Source: a virus
Lineage: Duplodnaviria; Caudoviricetes
Strand: one strand, 5' to 3'
IMG/VR virus record: IMGVR_UViG_3300013426_000016
Location: 64,001 to 128,000 of that record
Length of the DNA stretch: 64,000 bases
The position numbers and the translations under genes are program-made. The notes below the pieces were generated by a model that made no database searches, was not told where the DNA came from, and saw only the letters and a list, made by a program, of their open reading frames with translations. Below are positions 10,803-22,100 of the stretch, one piece after another. Position 1 is the stretch's first letter, and each line of letters starts with the position of its first letter.

Positions 10803-11121
10803 AAAACAACTTTTTTTGCTTCCAGCAGAGACTATTTTGGAGATGTGAAATACATATATGCGATATAGGGAGAAACCTTATAAACCTTATTATATAAATG
10901 ATAAAAATACTTTAAATTTTGTATTAGAGGGGCTTACTCCACACGAAGTCCTAAAAAAAGTAGGATATGGAGATTATCGTTATTTTGATAATTATTTTAT
11001 ATTAAATGACTATCAAAATCTGGTTTCTTACCAAAATCTCGATGACTTTATAAATTATGATGAATTAATAAAGTGGATAGATGATAATCCAGAAATTGTA
11101 CATAAAGAATGGAATCTTTAA
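10795..11121 (+). CDS. Hypothetical protein, 108 aa
   Basis: ATG 10795 in frame with ORF 10858-11121 across one TGA. Confidence 0.7.
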
Positions 11122-11645
11122 TTAAAAATCCAAATGTTCTATATATCTATGATTTTAGAGGAGAGGCGTTTGGTTTAGAAAATATTTGAAAATACTTAGT
11201 TATAATTAAGGAGAATAGAGCTTTAACAACAGATCTTCCTGTAAAAGTGATTACTATTTCAGAATGGTTTGAACTCATAGAAAAATGTGAAATCTTACCT
11301 TGGATATGTGCATGTATTAATAAAAAATACATACTTAAAGAGCATGTAAAGCTAATGATGAGTACAAATCCTTTACAGTTAAGAAAGAATTACGAGGAAG
11401 CTAAAAAACAAGCTTCTACTAATTTTGAATGGATGAATCTTTTTATTCGTATTGGTTGTACAAACCAAATTATAGAAAACCACAAACTCAGAAGATTAGA
11501 TTTCTCTTCAGCATATAGAGTGTTTACTTATACTAAGAATCCAGAAGAAACTTTCTATAAACTAGGAAGTAGAGAAATCGCATGGTTAAAACGCTATACA
11601 GACGAAATGTATTTAAAAGATAAAATGAAATGCAAACAATCTTAG
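11109..11645 (+). CDS. Hypothetical protein, 178 aa
   Basis: ATG 11109 in frame with ORF 11247-11645 across one TGA. Confidence 0.7.
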
Positions 11646-12523
11646 TATTAAAAGGAGTCCCTGGGTCAGGTAAAAGCACTTATGCTAAAACCTGGCTGGG
11701 GGAATCTCCAGAAACACGTGTTATCGTAAATAGAGACACAATTAGAACAGAACTTGGTTGTTTTCCTATAGGAAATAATGCACAAGAAAAAGAAGTTTCT
11801 AAAAAAGAAATAGAATATATTACCAATGCTATCAAAGAGAATAAAGATGTTTGCATAGATGCGACAAATCTTAATTCAAAAACCCTTGAAAAATGGACTA
11901 AATTAGCCTCAAATTTGGGTGTGAAAATAGAATATAAGGAATTTATCATCTCTCTCGATGAGGCCTTAAAAAGGGATAAAATAAGAGAAAAACCAGTAGG
12001 TAAAAGAGTACTTTTTAGTTTTTTTGAAAGATATTATCCAGAAGAATTTAAAATCTTTTTTACAGATAAAAGACTTTCGATTAAAAAAGCTGAAAATAGA
12101 CCCTATAAGAAAGCAATTATTTGCGATTTAGATGGTACACTAGCGCTTCATACAGGGCGTTCCCCTTATGCATATAATGAACTTTCTACCGATGTAATTA
12201 ATAGTGATTTAAAAAGATTACTCTTAACTCTAAGTCACAATTATGATATTTTATTTGTTTCTGGTAGAGAGAACTCTTGTAAAGAAGCTACTAAAGAATG
12301 GTTAATTAAAAATTTTGCTGATTTGTGGAAAGTAGAATGGAGACTTTATATGCGTAAAACAGGTGATTTTCGCAAAGACGCAATTGTAAAAGAAGAAATT
12401 TATAAAACTTATATAGAACCAGAATACGACATAATAGCCGTTTTTGATGACAGGGATCAGTGCATAAATATGTGGAGAGATCTTGGATTATTATGTTGTC
12501 AGGTTTGGTACGGAGACTTTTAA
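11630..12523 (+). CDS. pseT: Polynucleotide 5'-kinase/3'-phosphatase (T4 Pnk-like)
   Basis: GVPGSGKS P-loop, NRDTIR, IDATN; HAD domain DLDGT, VSGR, VFDDR. Confidence 0.92.
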   Translation: MQTILVLKGVPGSGKSTYAKTWLGESPETRVIVNRDTIRTELGCFPIGNNAQEKEVSKKEIEYITNAIKENKDVCIDATNLNSKTLEKWTKLASNLGVKIEYKEFIISLDEALKRDKIREKPVGKRVLFSFFERYYPEEFKIFFTDKRLSIKKAENRPYKKAIICDLDGTLALHTGRSPYAYNELSTDVINSDLKRLLLTLSHNYDILFVSGRENSCKEATKEWLIKNFADLWKVEWRLYMRKTGDFRKDAIVKEEIYKTYIEPEYDIIAVFDDRDQCINMWRDLGLLCCQVWYGDF

Positions 12524-12524
12524 A

Positions 12525-12785
12525 ATGATTACAGAAATATTTAAAATTGGAGCAGACTGGTGCCTGCCGTGCAAACAGATGGATAAAGAGTTGAAAGACT
12601 TCGCTCTCGTTCCAGTTAAATATTTTGATGCTGATGACAACACAAATCTTTGTGATAAATATAATATAAAGAACCTTCCTACTCTTCTCTTTATGAGTGG
12701 TGAAGATGTTGTTTATCGGCATACAGGATTTATGACTAGAAAACAGATTGAAACTAAAATACAAGAATTAAATGAAGCTAATTAA
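12525..12785 (+). CDS. Thioredoxin, 86 aa
   Basis: ADWCLPCKQM active site and NLPTLLF cis-Pro motif; ATG at 12525. Confidence 0.9.
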   Translation: MITEIFKIGADWCLPCKQMDKELKDFALVPVKYFDADDNTNLCDKYNIKNLPTLLFMSGEDVVYRHTGFMTRKQIETKIQELNEAN

Positions 12786-13635
12786 TAGTTATACAGAATA
12801 TATACCACAACTTCCTGGTGTTATAGGCATGTATAAGCATATAGAAAGAGCTATGCGAAATTGTTATCGTTCTGAAGATAAAATTACAGAAGACTCTTAT
12901 AACAGAATGCTTGAACTTGCTAAGAAAAATCACCATTATTCAGTACTTGAACATGGTACGGTATATTTGAAAATACCTCGCTTTAAAAGTACTGCTTTAG
13001 ATGAAAGGATTAAATTTTATTTAAATAATCATTGGAGTAGAGTATATATACATTATATAGAAGACACTTATTATGCTTATATAACTACGAACTTTAGAGT
13101 AATTGTAGAAAACGAAAAGTATGTAGACTTAAATTATATCTGCGAACCAGAACAGTATCATGAAAAGCGATATACATTTAAAGTAGTTTGTTCAGAAGCT
13201 ATAGCAAGAGAACTCAATAGGCATCGTATTTTTTCTATAGCACAACAAAGCACACGCTATTGTAATTATAGTAAGGGAAAGTTTGGAAATGAACTTACTT
13301 TTATTGTTCCACAGTGGTTATATGAACTAGAGCCTACATATAATGTGGCAATGCTTAAAGATCTAGCTGCTAAGGACACTAGAGTTAGAACTTATTTAGA
13401 AGCACTTGCCTCAGCAGAAGAATCTTATATACAACTGACCACAGGAGAACCTGCTTTAAAGGCCCAGGAAGCAAGAGGGGTACTTCCTTTAGATACTGCT
13501 ACTACAGTGTTTTATACTGCATTTAAAGACGATTGGTATCAGGTAATTGATTTGCGTTCTTCAGAATATGCACATCCGGATGTTAGAGTAATAGTAAATA
13601 CCATTAAAGAAACACTAGATGAAAGTATTGATTAA
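12772..13635 (+). CDS. thyX: FAD-dependent thymidylate synthase
   Basis: HYSVLEHG, RELNRHR-x7-STRY signature, QEARGVLP, AHPD. Confidence 0.95.
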   Translation: MKLINSYTEYIPQLPGVIGMYKHIERAMRNCYRSEDKITEDSYNRMLELAKKNHHYSVLEHGTVYLKIPRFKSTALDERIKFYLNNHWSRVYIHYIEDTYYAYITTNFRVIVENEKYVDLNYICEPEQYHEKRYTFKVVCSEAIARELNRHRIFSIAQQSTRYCNYSKGKFGNELTFIVPQWLYELEPTYNVAMLKDLAAKDTRVRTYLEALASAEESYIQLTTGEPALKAQEARGVLPLDTATTVFYTAFKDDWYQVIDLRSSEYAHPDVRVIVNTIKETLDESID

Positions 13636-13837
13636 TTATAGTCTTTATGGTATAGAATTAGACTTGCCAACTAATGCTACAAGAGAGCAACAAATAAATG
13701 CTCTCTTGACTGCTTTTGGTGGACCACAACTCTTACTTGATCATTTTATAAGGCATTTTCGAGTTATAGAAGATTTTATACCAGACATAGAACTTACAGC
13801 TGATGTGAAAGAAACTCTCCCAGAAACTACCGAATAA
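13619..13837 (+). CDS. Hypothetical protein, 72 aa
   Basis: Operon-packed ORF. Confidence 0.6.
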   Translation: MKVLINYSLYGIELDLPTNATREQQINALLTAFGGPQLLLDHFIRHFRVIEDFIPDIELTADVKETLPETTE

Positions 13838-14513
13838 TACTCCGTATATAGCATTTGCTGGATTAAAGAACTCTGGAAAAGATACTGCCGCAGAAATGCT
13901 CTGTTACTGTTTAAATACACCTAAGTTTATGCATAATTATTATATGTATAAAACATTTAAGTGAGTAAAAGGAAAGTATAAAATAGTAGCATTTGCAAAA
14001 CCCATGAAGGAAATGCTTGCTATACTTTTAAATGTGCCAGTAAATAAATTTGAGGATAGGAAGTTTAAAGATTCTACTTATATTTATTTTCCAGAATTGA
14101 GAATCGAGAAAAATCCTCCTTATGAACAAGTTCTATCACAAAATGTTTTTAATAGACTTCTTGTAAGTAAGGATTACACCTTCCTTAAATGTATGTATAT
14201 TTCTATACGACAGTTAATGCAGTGTTTTGCTACAGATATAATGCGCTCAGTATTCGGAGATAAATTATGGATTTTGTCTACACTTAAAAGAAATAATTTA
14301 ATTATTTCTGATCTCAGATTTAAAGTAGAACTAGATGAAATCCATAAACAAAATGGTAAAATCATATATATAAAACGAGACTCCTGCGTTTCAGATAATC
14401 ACGCAAGTGAACAAGAAGTTCTTACTTTATATGCTAATAATGAATTTGACTACGTTATAGAAAATAATAAATCTTTAAAAGATTTGTTTAAATCTGTAAC
14501 TGAACTTATATAA
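13803..14513 (+). CDS. Deoxynucleoside monophosphate kinase (T4 gp1-like), 236 aa
   Basis: P-loop IAFAGLKNSGKDT lies upstream of and in frame with ORF 14004 across TGA 13962 (also TGA 13806); AFAKPMK, IISDLRF, HASE motifs. Confidence 0.88.
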
Positions 14514-14558
14514 AAATAGGCCTCTAGCAGTTTTCACTGTTAGGGGCCTTATTTTTTT
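14512..14558. terminator. Bidirectional intrinsic terminator between convergent modules
   Basis: aaaaataggcctctagcag-ttttca-ctgttaggggccttattttttt: hairpin flanked by A and T tracts. Confidence 0.85.
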
Positions 14559-17500
14559 AGTCGTTAAGGGTTTTTGCAATACCTTGGAAGTCTCTAAACA
14601 TACCAACGTTTTGAGTTACCCAGTAAGCAATATTAGATTTACCAAACATTAAATTTGTAGTTGATTTTATAAGTCTTTGCGCATTAGAAATTAAAGGAGG
14701 ATCTTGTCCAAATTGTCCAAGAATATTATTTAATTGAGAATCTTGCATAGCTCCAGTAAGAACAGCATATGCTAAATTCTCCATTGGTCCTTTATCTCGC
14801 ATAGCTAATCTTACTTTTTCCCAATTAACACCAGGATTTTCTACATCTGCGGATTGTCCAAAGATAGTATTTACAATCATTAACATAAATAATGTCACCC
14901 ACATATCATTAAAACAAAGTTTTAACATAGCACGAGTAGTTGGATTTGACCACATTTTATTTATATCTTCTTGATTCCAAGTTAATACAGCTTTCGCAAA
15001 TTTAAGGGATGCTTGTAACATACCTTGGAAAGGCAATTGATCATAATCGAAATAAAGTCTGCACTTCTCTTTTTCTTCTTCAGAAAGAGCATTAAATTCA
15101 CTTTCCAAAATGATATCTTTATGTGCTATACCATTATCGTCTTCATAAAAACGTACATATAAAGGTTTGCCATTTTTATCATATTGTTGATTTAATGTAG
15201 CAATATTATATTTACCTTCATGTATAGTTCATTGTTCCACCTTTGCAGTAAGGAATGTTTTATATTGAAGGAAAAGAGAACCAATAAAAGTATTACATAA
15301 TAAAGATTTAGATTCTTCATCATAGTGTCCATATAAATAGTCAGCATAGTTTTTAATACCTTCTGCTTCTTGTCTTGTATATGCCTGAGGTAGATTTTCT
15401 ACTTCGGTTAAACTATATTTAGAACCATCTGCTTTTCGGAAACCTTCTCGATTTAAATCTTCTATCATTTTCTGATAAAGAGAAAGTTCTTTAAGATATT
15501 CTGGACTAGACTTGTCACCTTTTACTAAATGTTTAAAACGAGCATCTTTTTTAATATCATATTGAAGAGTACCATTCTCATCTACAGAGTGAGCTTCCCA
15601 ACTTCCATCTCCCATCATTTTAGCAACAAGTAAAGACATACGATGCAAGAAATCAGGAGAAGTAGTACCTAACATTAAAGTATCCATTCCCCAGTGATTT
15701 ATATGTAACCAATTAAGTCTTCTTTGATTAGCTACCTGATTAAGAGATTGGTTTGCCATGCCATAAATAGCATTTAATTGCTGAAGCATACTTACACCAG
15801 AAGTATTTTTATGTGCTGTCTGAATAACATATTCTACAGCTTTCTTATAAGAATCCCAAGTAATTCCTGGATATAATTCTACTCCAGCTCTTGTAAGTCC
15901 TGTAATAGTACCTTGTAGAGTTTCTCGTAGGAAAGATTTAACATTTAAAGCAAGATTTACTTTAGAAAAACCTGATTTAAATACGTCTAAAAATTTAGCA
16001 ACTTGTTGTACAGGTTCTGGAATTATAGATTCACCATAAAATTTACTCTTAACTATATCATCAAAACGCTTTCTAATATTTGCCATATCTACAGTACTAA
16101 CTGTAGAACCCTTGGCATCAAGCATTTCCAAAGTAGTTTTTAAACCAGCTATAATAGGTACATATGTTTTACTTACATTAGAACGACAGAAAGCTACTAA
16201 AGAAGCGTTCATTACTAACTCCAGATCAGTTTCAAATAAACCATACCCATACTCATCTAAGCGAGATTGTCTTGCAGCTAAATTATCAAATTTAAGTTTA
16301 TTATACAGCTCTTGCTTTGTTGCAACGTAACCAGAAATACTATGTTCCGTAGGTTCAACACCCATAAACAAACCCTCTGTTAGAGTAAGATTTTCTTTCC
16401 ATTTATTTTTAGTTGTTTGCCACAAACCTAAATTTTTAACTTGTCTAGAGAATTTTGCTTCAAGTAAAGGAATTGCATAATAATCATCCATTAATTTAGC
16501 TTTTGCAAAATCTTCTTCTGTTTTAAGCTCCGGGTGTCTTAATTTAGCCATAGTTTTCAAGAAAGCATCTAACGCTTCTCTTGCTATTGGATCACCATCA
16601 AAATCAGAGGAATTTGGATCCTTTAAAATAAGGTTCTCTCGATCTGCAAACCAAGTTCTAAATACACTTTCTCCAGTACCATGAGTTTCATATAATTTCT
16701 GAAATTTAATCTGAACATCACGTCCAATTTCATAGACTTGTTTACGAACTTCCTTGGCATAATCTTCAATTACTTTACCAAGTTCTCGTATATTTACAGA
16801 AGAAGATAACGAAGGAGACTTAATCATTAAACCATTTAACTCGTAAATACGTCCTTTTTCAAAGTAATCGGGACGGTCTAACTCAGTTTTAACAGTATAA
16901 CCCAAAAGAGAGTTCAAGCCCTCTCTAAGCTTTACGTAAGCATTCCATATAGGGGTATTTTGATAACCTCTTCCTGAGAAAGGATTTATGTGATATTTTT
17001 GTTCTATAAGATTTATTCTATTCTTAAACCATTCTACAGAAGCATAATCATCATTATTTCCCTTCCCCCCATTCTCAATTACTTGACAAACATTCTCATC
17101 TGTTTCTTTAGCACTTTCGATTAAAGATTCTGCATCAGACATAAATAAAGTAGGATCTACTTTAGTAAGTCCACAAGTAGGATTCTCTTCTACTAAAGCA
17201 TCGAAATTATAAATTAAATCAGAGTTAAGAGCAGGCATTTCTATACCTAACCAAGGATTTACAACTTTGATTTCTGAGATTTTATAATTTTTAAATAATT
17301 CTGGATGCAAAGCGACATAAGACATTGCTTTCATCATTTCTACATTTCCAGCTAAAGCAGGAAGTACTCTTTGTCCTGCTTCCATATCAGAACGAGTTCT
17401 ACCAAGTAAGGAGGTTCCTTTCCATAATTTAGGTACACCCTTTTCCTTTTTAAAGTCAAAATCAGAAAGTTGCATTCTAAGTGCATCAAAAGAAAGCCAT

Positions 17501-19188
17501 ATAAGGGCAGATTTATTTCCTTTTGTAAATCTAAATAGACCTATGGAGTTGGCCGCTTCATCTTCTTGGAAAGTCCAGCTTTCTTGTAAATAAGGTCTAA
17601 AGGTTTCTTCTACAAAGTTTTTAGTATCATCTCTAAAAAGAGAAGTTAAAACAGAAATAGGATCACCTTGTTGTATAGATTTAATAGCAGCTGCTACATC
17701 TAATCGCTTAGTAGTTTGTAAAGAACCTTGTTGGCTAATAAGTTCTTGTAACTTAGTATCTAATTCACTTTCTTCACAATATGTTTTAGGCTGACCGAAT
17801 AAAGAAATACGATATTTAACTTTCCCTTCTTCATATTTAGGCTCTCCAGAAGTCAATTTGTGTACTAAACGATCTTGCTTTTTATAATATTCCACTTTAG
17901 TACGAAGATCCTCACCTCTAGCAATTACAGAGTTTTTTGGAAAAAATGCATCATTAGCCTTGGCTATTTTTTGTATGTCATCTGCTGTGAGTTCTACTTT
18001 TGGTTTAAACCAGGTTTTTACAGTAGAGGCAACTTCACCTCCTTTTAATCTACCTGGATTAGTAATAATGTCTTCAGCAATGTAGTTTACTTGTATGCTA
18101 TCTACTCCAGTTACTTCAAAAGGATCATCTTGATTTTCATATTTTAAATTTAACTTTATAGGTAAAATATTCGTATCAGATACAGGAATATCGTATTGCT
18201 CTACCATATTTCTATACATCTCCGTCTGATAAGAAGCAGCTAATTTCTTAGTAGATACCCATAATTTCTTCTCTTGAACTGCTTTATTTCCAGTGATTTG
18301 TCACCACTCTAATGTATTTTCTCCTTCGGGAGCAATACTCTTTCTTGATACCTTATAATCATATATATGACCTTTACCAAACTTGTCCACTACAAGTAAA
18401 TCTATTATACCATTAAAAGAGTCTAAATGTGCCCCCTCCAAAATAGTTTGAGCAATAGAAGATAAATTTTTAGACTTAATAGCCAACTCTGGATAAAAAG
18501 TACATTCTGGATACAAAGTCATTAGATGTTTTTTAAACTTAGTAGCTTGTTCTACTACAGAGTTAAATACATTATCAGGTAAAGTTTTGTTTACAGGAGC
18601 TTCTCCTTTAAAAACTTTTTCCATAATACTATGCACTTCTGTACCAAGTTCTGTTAATTTTGGCCAAGAAGCCTCTTCCATATCTAATACATTTTCAGCA
18701 GAAACTCCTTTCTTTTGCATAAACTCTTCTACTTTTAAACCTGTAGGAGTAGTTTTAGAAGAGGAAATATTTGGATCATTAAGTTCCGCTATAGTTGTTC
18801 TCTTGTATTCTGCCATATCCATAGGTGAAACACAAACATCTCCATTATGAAGATTAAGTGTTGTAATAGCTCGAGTAGTACCTATAGAACCAGGAATTAC
18901 TTTAATTTTATCCAAATCTTCCCCTCCTTCAAAAGGAGCACCATGATTAGGTTTATCTATAATAATTTGGTTACTAGTTATATCCGCTGTAATATTATCT
19001 ATCTTCTCTTTAATTTCTTCAGAAACAGATAAAAATTTTACAGTTCCTTTATTTTTATCTACCAATATCTGGTCTAAATTATTTAGGAGAAAAGAGTCTA
19101 GATTAGTATCTAGACCCTCTCCTAAATCAACTTGTTTTCCATTTAAGGTCAAACTTCATTTACAGTTTTCTCTTAAAATTTTATCCAT
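14557..19188 (-). CDS. Large virion cargo protein, 1543 aa, with N-terminal PD-(D/E)XK nuclease domain
   Basis: ATG 19188 overlaps the vRNAP stop; ORFs join across TGA near 19156, 18301 and 15229; GTEVHSIME...GIIDLLVV...IYDYKVS...YQTEMY motifs. Confidence 0.85.
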
Positions 19189-22100
19189 TACAATCTTGTT
19201 CAAGTTTATTATTTTTATCTGTCTTGTTAATTAAATAAGTCTTTAACCAACCTACTTTCTGATTTTTTAGCATATAATCCTGAGAAATATCTCCCATAAA
19301 ATTAAATACTGAATATGCAAATTTTTCAACAGCTTCTTCAAGATTTAAACCTACTATTTCAGATAAATCTTTTACACCATCTGGGAATAGTGTTTTAAGT
19401 CCTTCTAAAACAATTTTATTATTAGCGAGATCAATTTCAGTTTCATCAGAAAGTTTTCCGGTAAGTACAGTTTCTATTTTATTACAAAGAACTTCTTCCT
19501 CTAAATCAGTACCAGTAAGCCAAGGATAATATTTAGTATAAGTTTCTATATCTTGCCCCGTACGCACTTTGTCTAACAAAGCATATAAAGCAACCCTATT
19601 AGGATCTGTTACATCTTTGTTTTTAATAGCAGCAAAGACAAAATGAGATAATTCATGCATTCCTACACCAATGGCATTTTTAGCGTCCAATTTAGCTAAA
19701 TTAAAATGAATCAAACCATTTTGTATAAAAGCCTTAGGAGAAGTCTTACTCTCATCTCTAAATGTACTTACAACCTTTTTATTATAATTTAATTTATCTG
19801 CAAAAGTATTAATAATATCTCTTGCACTTAAATTACCCAGTGGAGTAAAATGTGAGAGTTTAGTTTTTATTTCTACTCCAGCCTGTGATATGAGGCCTCC
19901 TGTCATAGGAAGATCGAAAGTACAATCCTTAGGAAGTTCCATAAATTGGAAACTTATAGGTTCATTAACAGATGTATCTGCATATTTACCTAACCTATAA
20001 GCAACTTCTTTTATAGGAATTTCGTAGTTCATATTTCCAGAATCAAGTTGGCCTATAAACTGATAGTATGCAGAAATCCCAGCAGGACTGTTTTTACTAT
20101 TTACCAGATTCTCAAATATACGAGTAAGTGACTGATTACCGTAAGAATTCTTATTTACAATTAAGTTATATAAGAAAAATAAATCCCCTATATTATTTCC
20201 AGCAACTGTGTCTTTAGCTATAGAGTTAAATCCAGTTAAATACTGATTATACTTTGCAAGAGAACTTTCGTCAGCATCAATTTCCATCATTTGCAATGGT
20301 AAACTATAAGTAAAAGATTTTAGCCTTCTATTCTCAGTAAGATTTAAATCTCTTACAAAAGGATTATCTTTATATACCATTTTTAAATAAGGAATAATAG
20401 CCTGTTCCATTATATGCTTAAATGAAGCAATATCCATAGCATTACTAAAAGTTAAATTTGCAACAGGTTCGCTTACACCATTAGGTTTATAAACTTCTAC
20501 AGGGCGTTTTATAGTATTAGCTAACTCTTCCAAATTAAGAGAAAAAGAGCTATTAAGAAGAAATTTATAAATCATGGTGTCATTTAAGTATCGATTAATC
20601 TCTTTATATGCCTTATCTGATAAATAAAATACTTTTTTGTTATTTAATAAAACATTTACAATAGCATCAGTTTTCTTAAACACATAAGAAGTATTATCCA
20701 ATACATCTTTAGCCACTCCATACACTTTAGCCATATTATAGAAATTAGGAGAAAGATATAGAGCCTCTAAGATATTAAATGTTCCAGAAAAATTAGTACT
20801 ATATAACTGTATAGCTTGTTGTGCATAGTTCGTATCTGTAAGGAAACGATTAAAATCAAGAAGAACAGGATTATCTCCAGCAGTTATTGGCATCATATCT
20901 ATGTTCTTACCGTAATTAAGGAAAGCTGAAATATCAGTACGTAAACCCCCGTTAACACTGGCCATTCTACCTAAAGTAGACATTTTATCTGCTGCGTCTA
21001 ACAACTGTCCTAATGTATTTAAGTTTTCCGCATTCTTCTTTACCTGTAAATATTCAAGTTTTTTACTTAAGATTTGTAAGCTTTTATATACTTTATATAA
21101 ATCTTTAGTTGTCCATGGAACATTTACTTTTACGCGTCCTCCATCACTATTTTGTTCTGCTTCTTCCAAAGCTTGGTAATAAGCATCCCACATTTCACTA
21201 GTAATACGTTCTGGAGCATAAGTCATTAGATCAGAGTTCTCAAAAGCGTCTATTACCGCAGCAATTGCTTGGGTATTAGTAGTAAAATCTTTAGTTTGGA
21301 GTAACTCTTTTCCATGTTTTTTTGCCCAAGAATTATAAAGCTGTACAACCCTTTCCTCAGTTCCTTTTTCAAATCCAGGTATTTTATCTGCTAAGAGTTC
21401 CTCAATCATCTTTTTAACTTTATTACCTCTAGTAGAATCGTCAAAAATATTATCCTTTCCTATTTCAGTAATCCAGTTAAACATTTCAGAAGTCATTATA
21501 TCAGAAATGTTTTTAAAAGGAGTTCCTAGCATGAAAGAGGTAGTATAAAAGTCTACAAGATCCGCAGTTGCATTTAATTTAGGTAAAGCCAAATCCTTAG
21601 CATTATCTGCACCTAAAGAAATGATACCTGACAAATAATCAGAAGCATTTACAGCCTTAGAATTTCGTATAGCAGTCTCTAATTGTCCCAAGAAAACTTC
21701 TTTATTTAAATTCCCATAAGCTTCTTGAGGAAAACTTCGGAAGCCTTCTAAAAGACCTTCTGTATTAGTATTTGCTAAGAAAGTTGGTTGACGCAGAATA
21801 GGATTGTTCAGCATCATAGAAATAACTTCTTGAATAGCTTCTGATAATTTACCTTCTTTTAAATATTGTCTTGCTTTATCTGCTTTAATATTTGCCATAT
21901 AAGACAGAAGATAATAAGTCTTTAGAGAAACTGCTCCAATGCCTACTACAGATTTACCTAACATATTTTGCACTTGCATTATAAATAAACTTGTAGCTAA
22001 ATCAGAAGTAACTTGCTTTTCAGCAGAACCAGAAGTAGTACTTGCAGCACGTGCTTTAAATTCTCCTGTACATTCATCTACAGCTATTTGTGCCTTTAAT

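Noticed and set aside
7395-11645. TAG reassignment
   Set aside because: TAG ends genes where the next gene has already begun or starts immediately; no in-frame TAG is needed to restore any gene.
18200-18660. Cas4 or CRISPR-related nuclease
   Set aside because: No Fe-S cysteine set or CRISPR context; it is a PD-(D/E)XK domain of a cargo protein.
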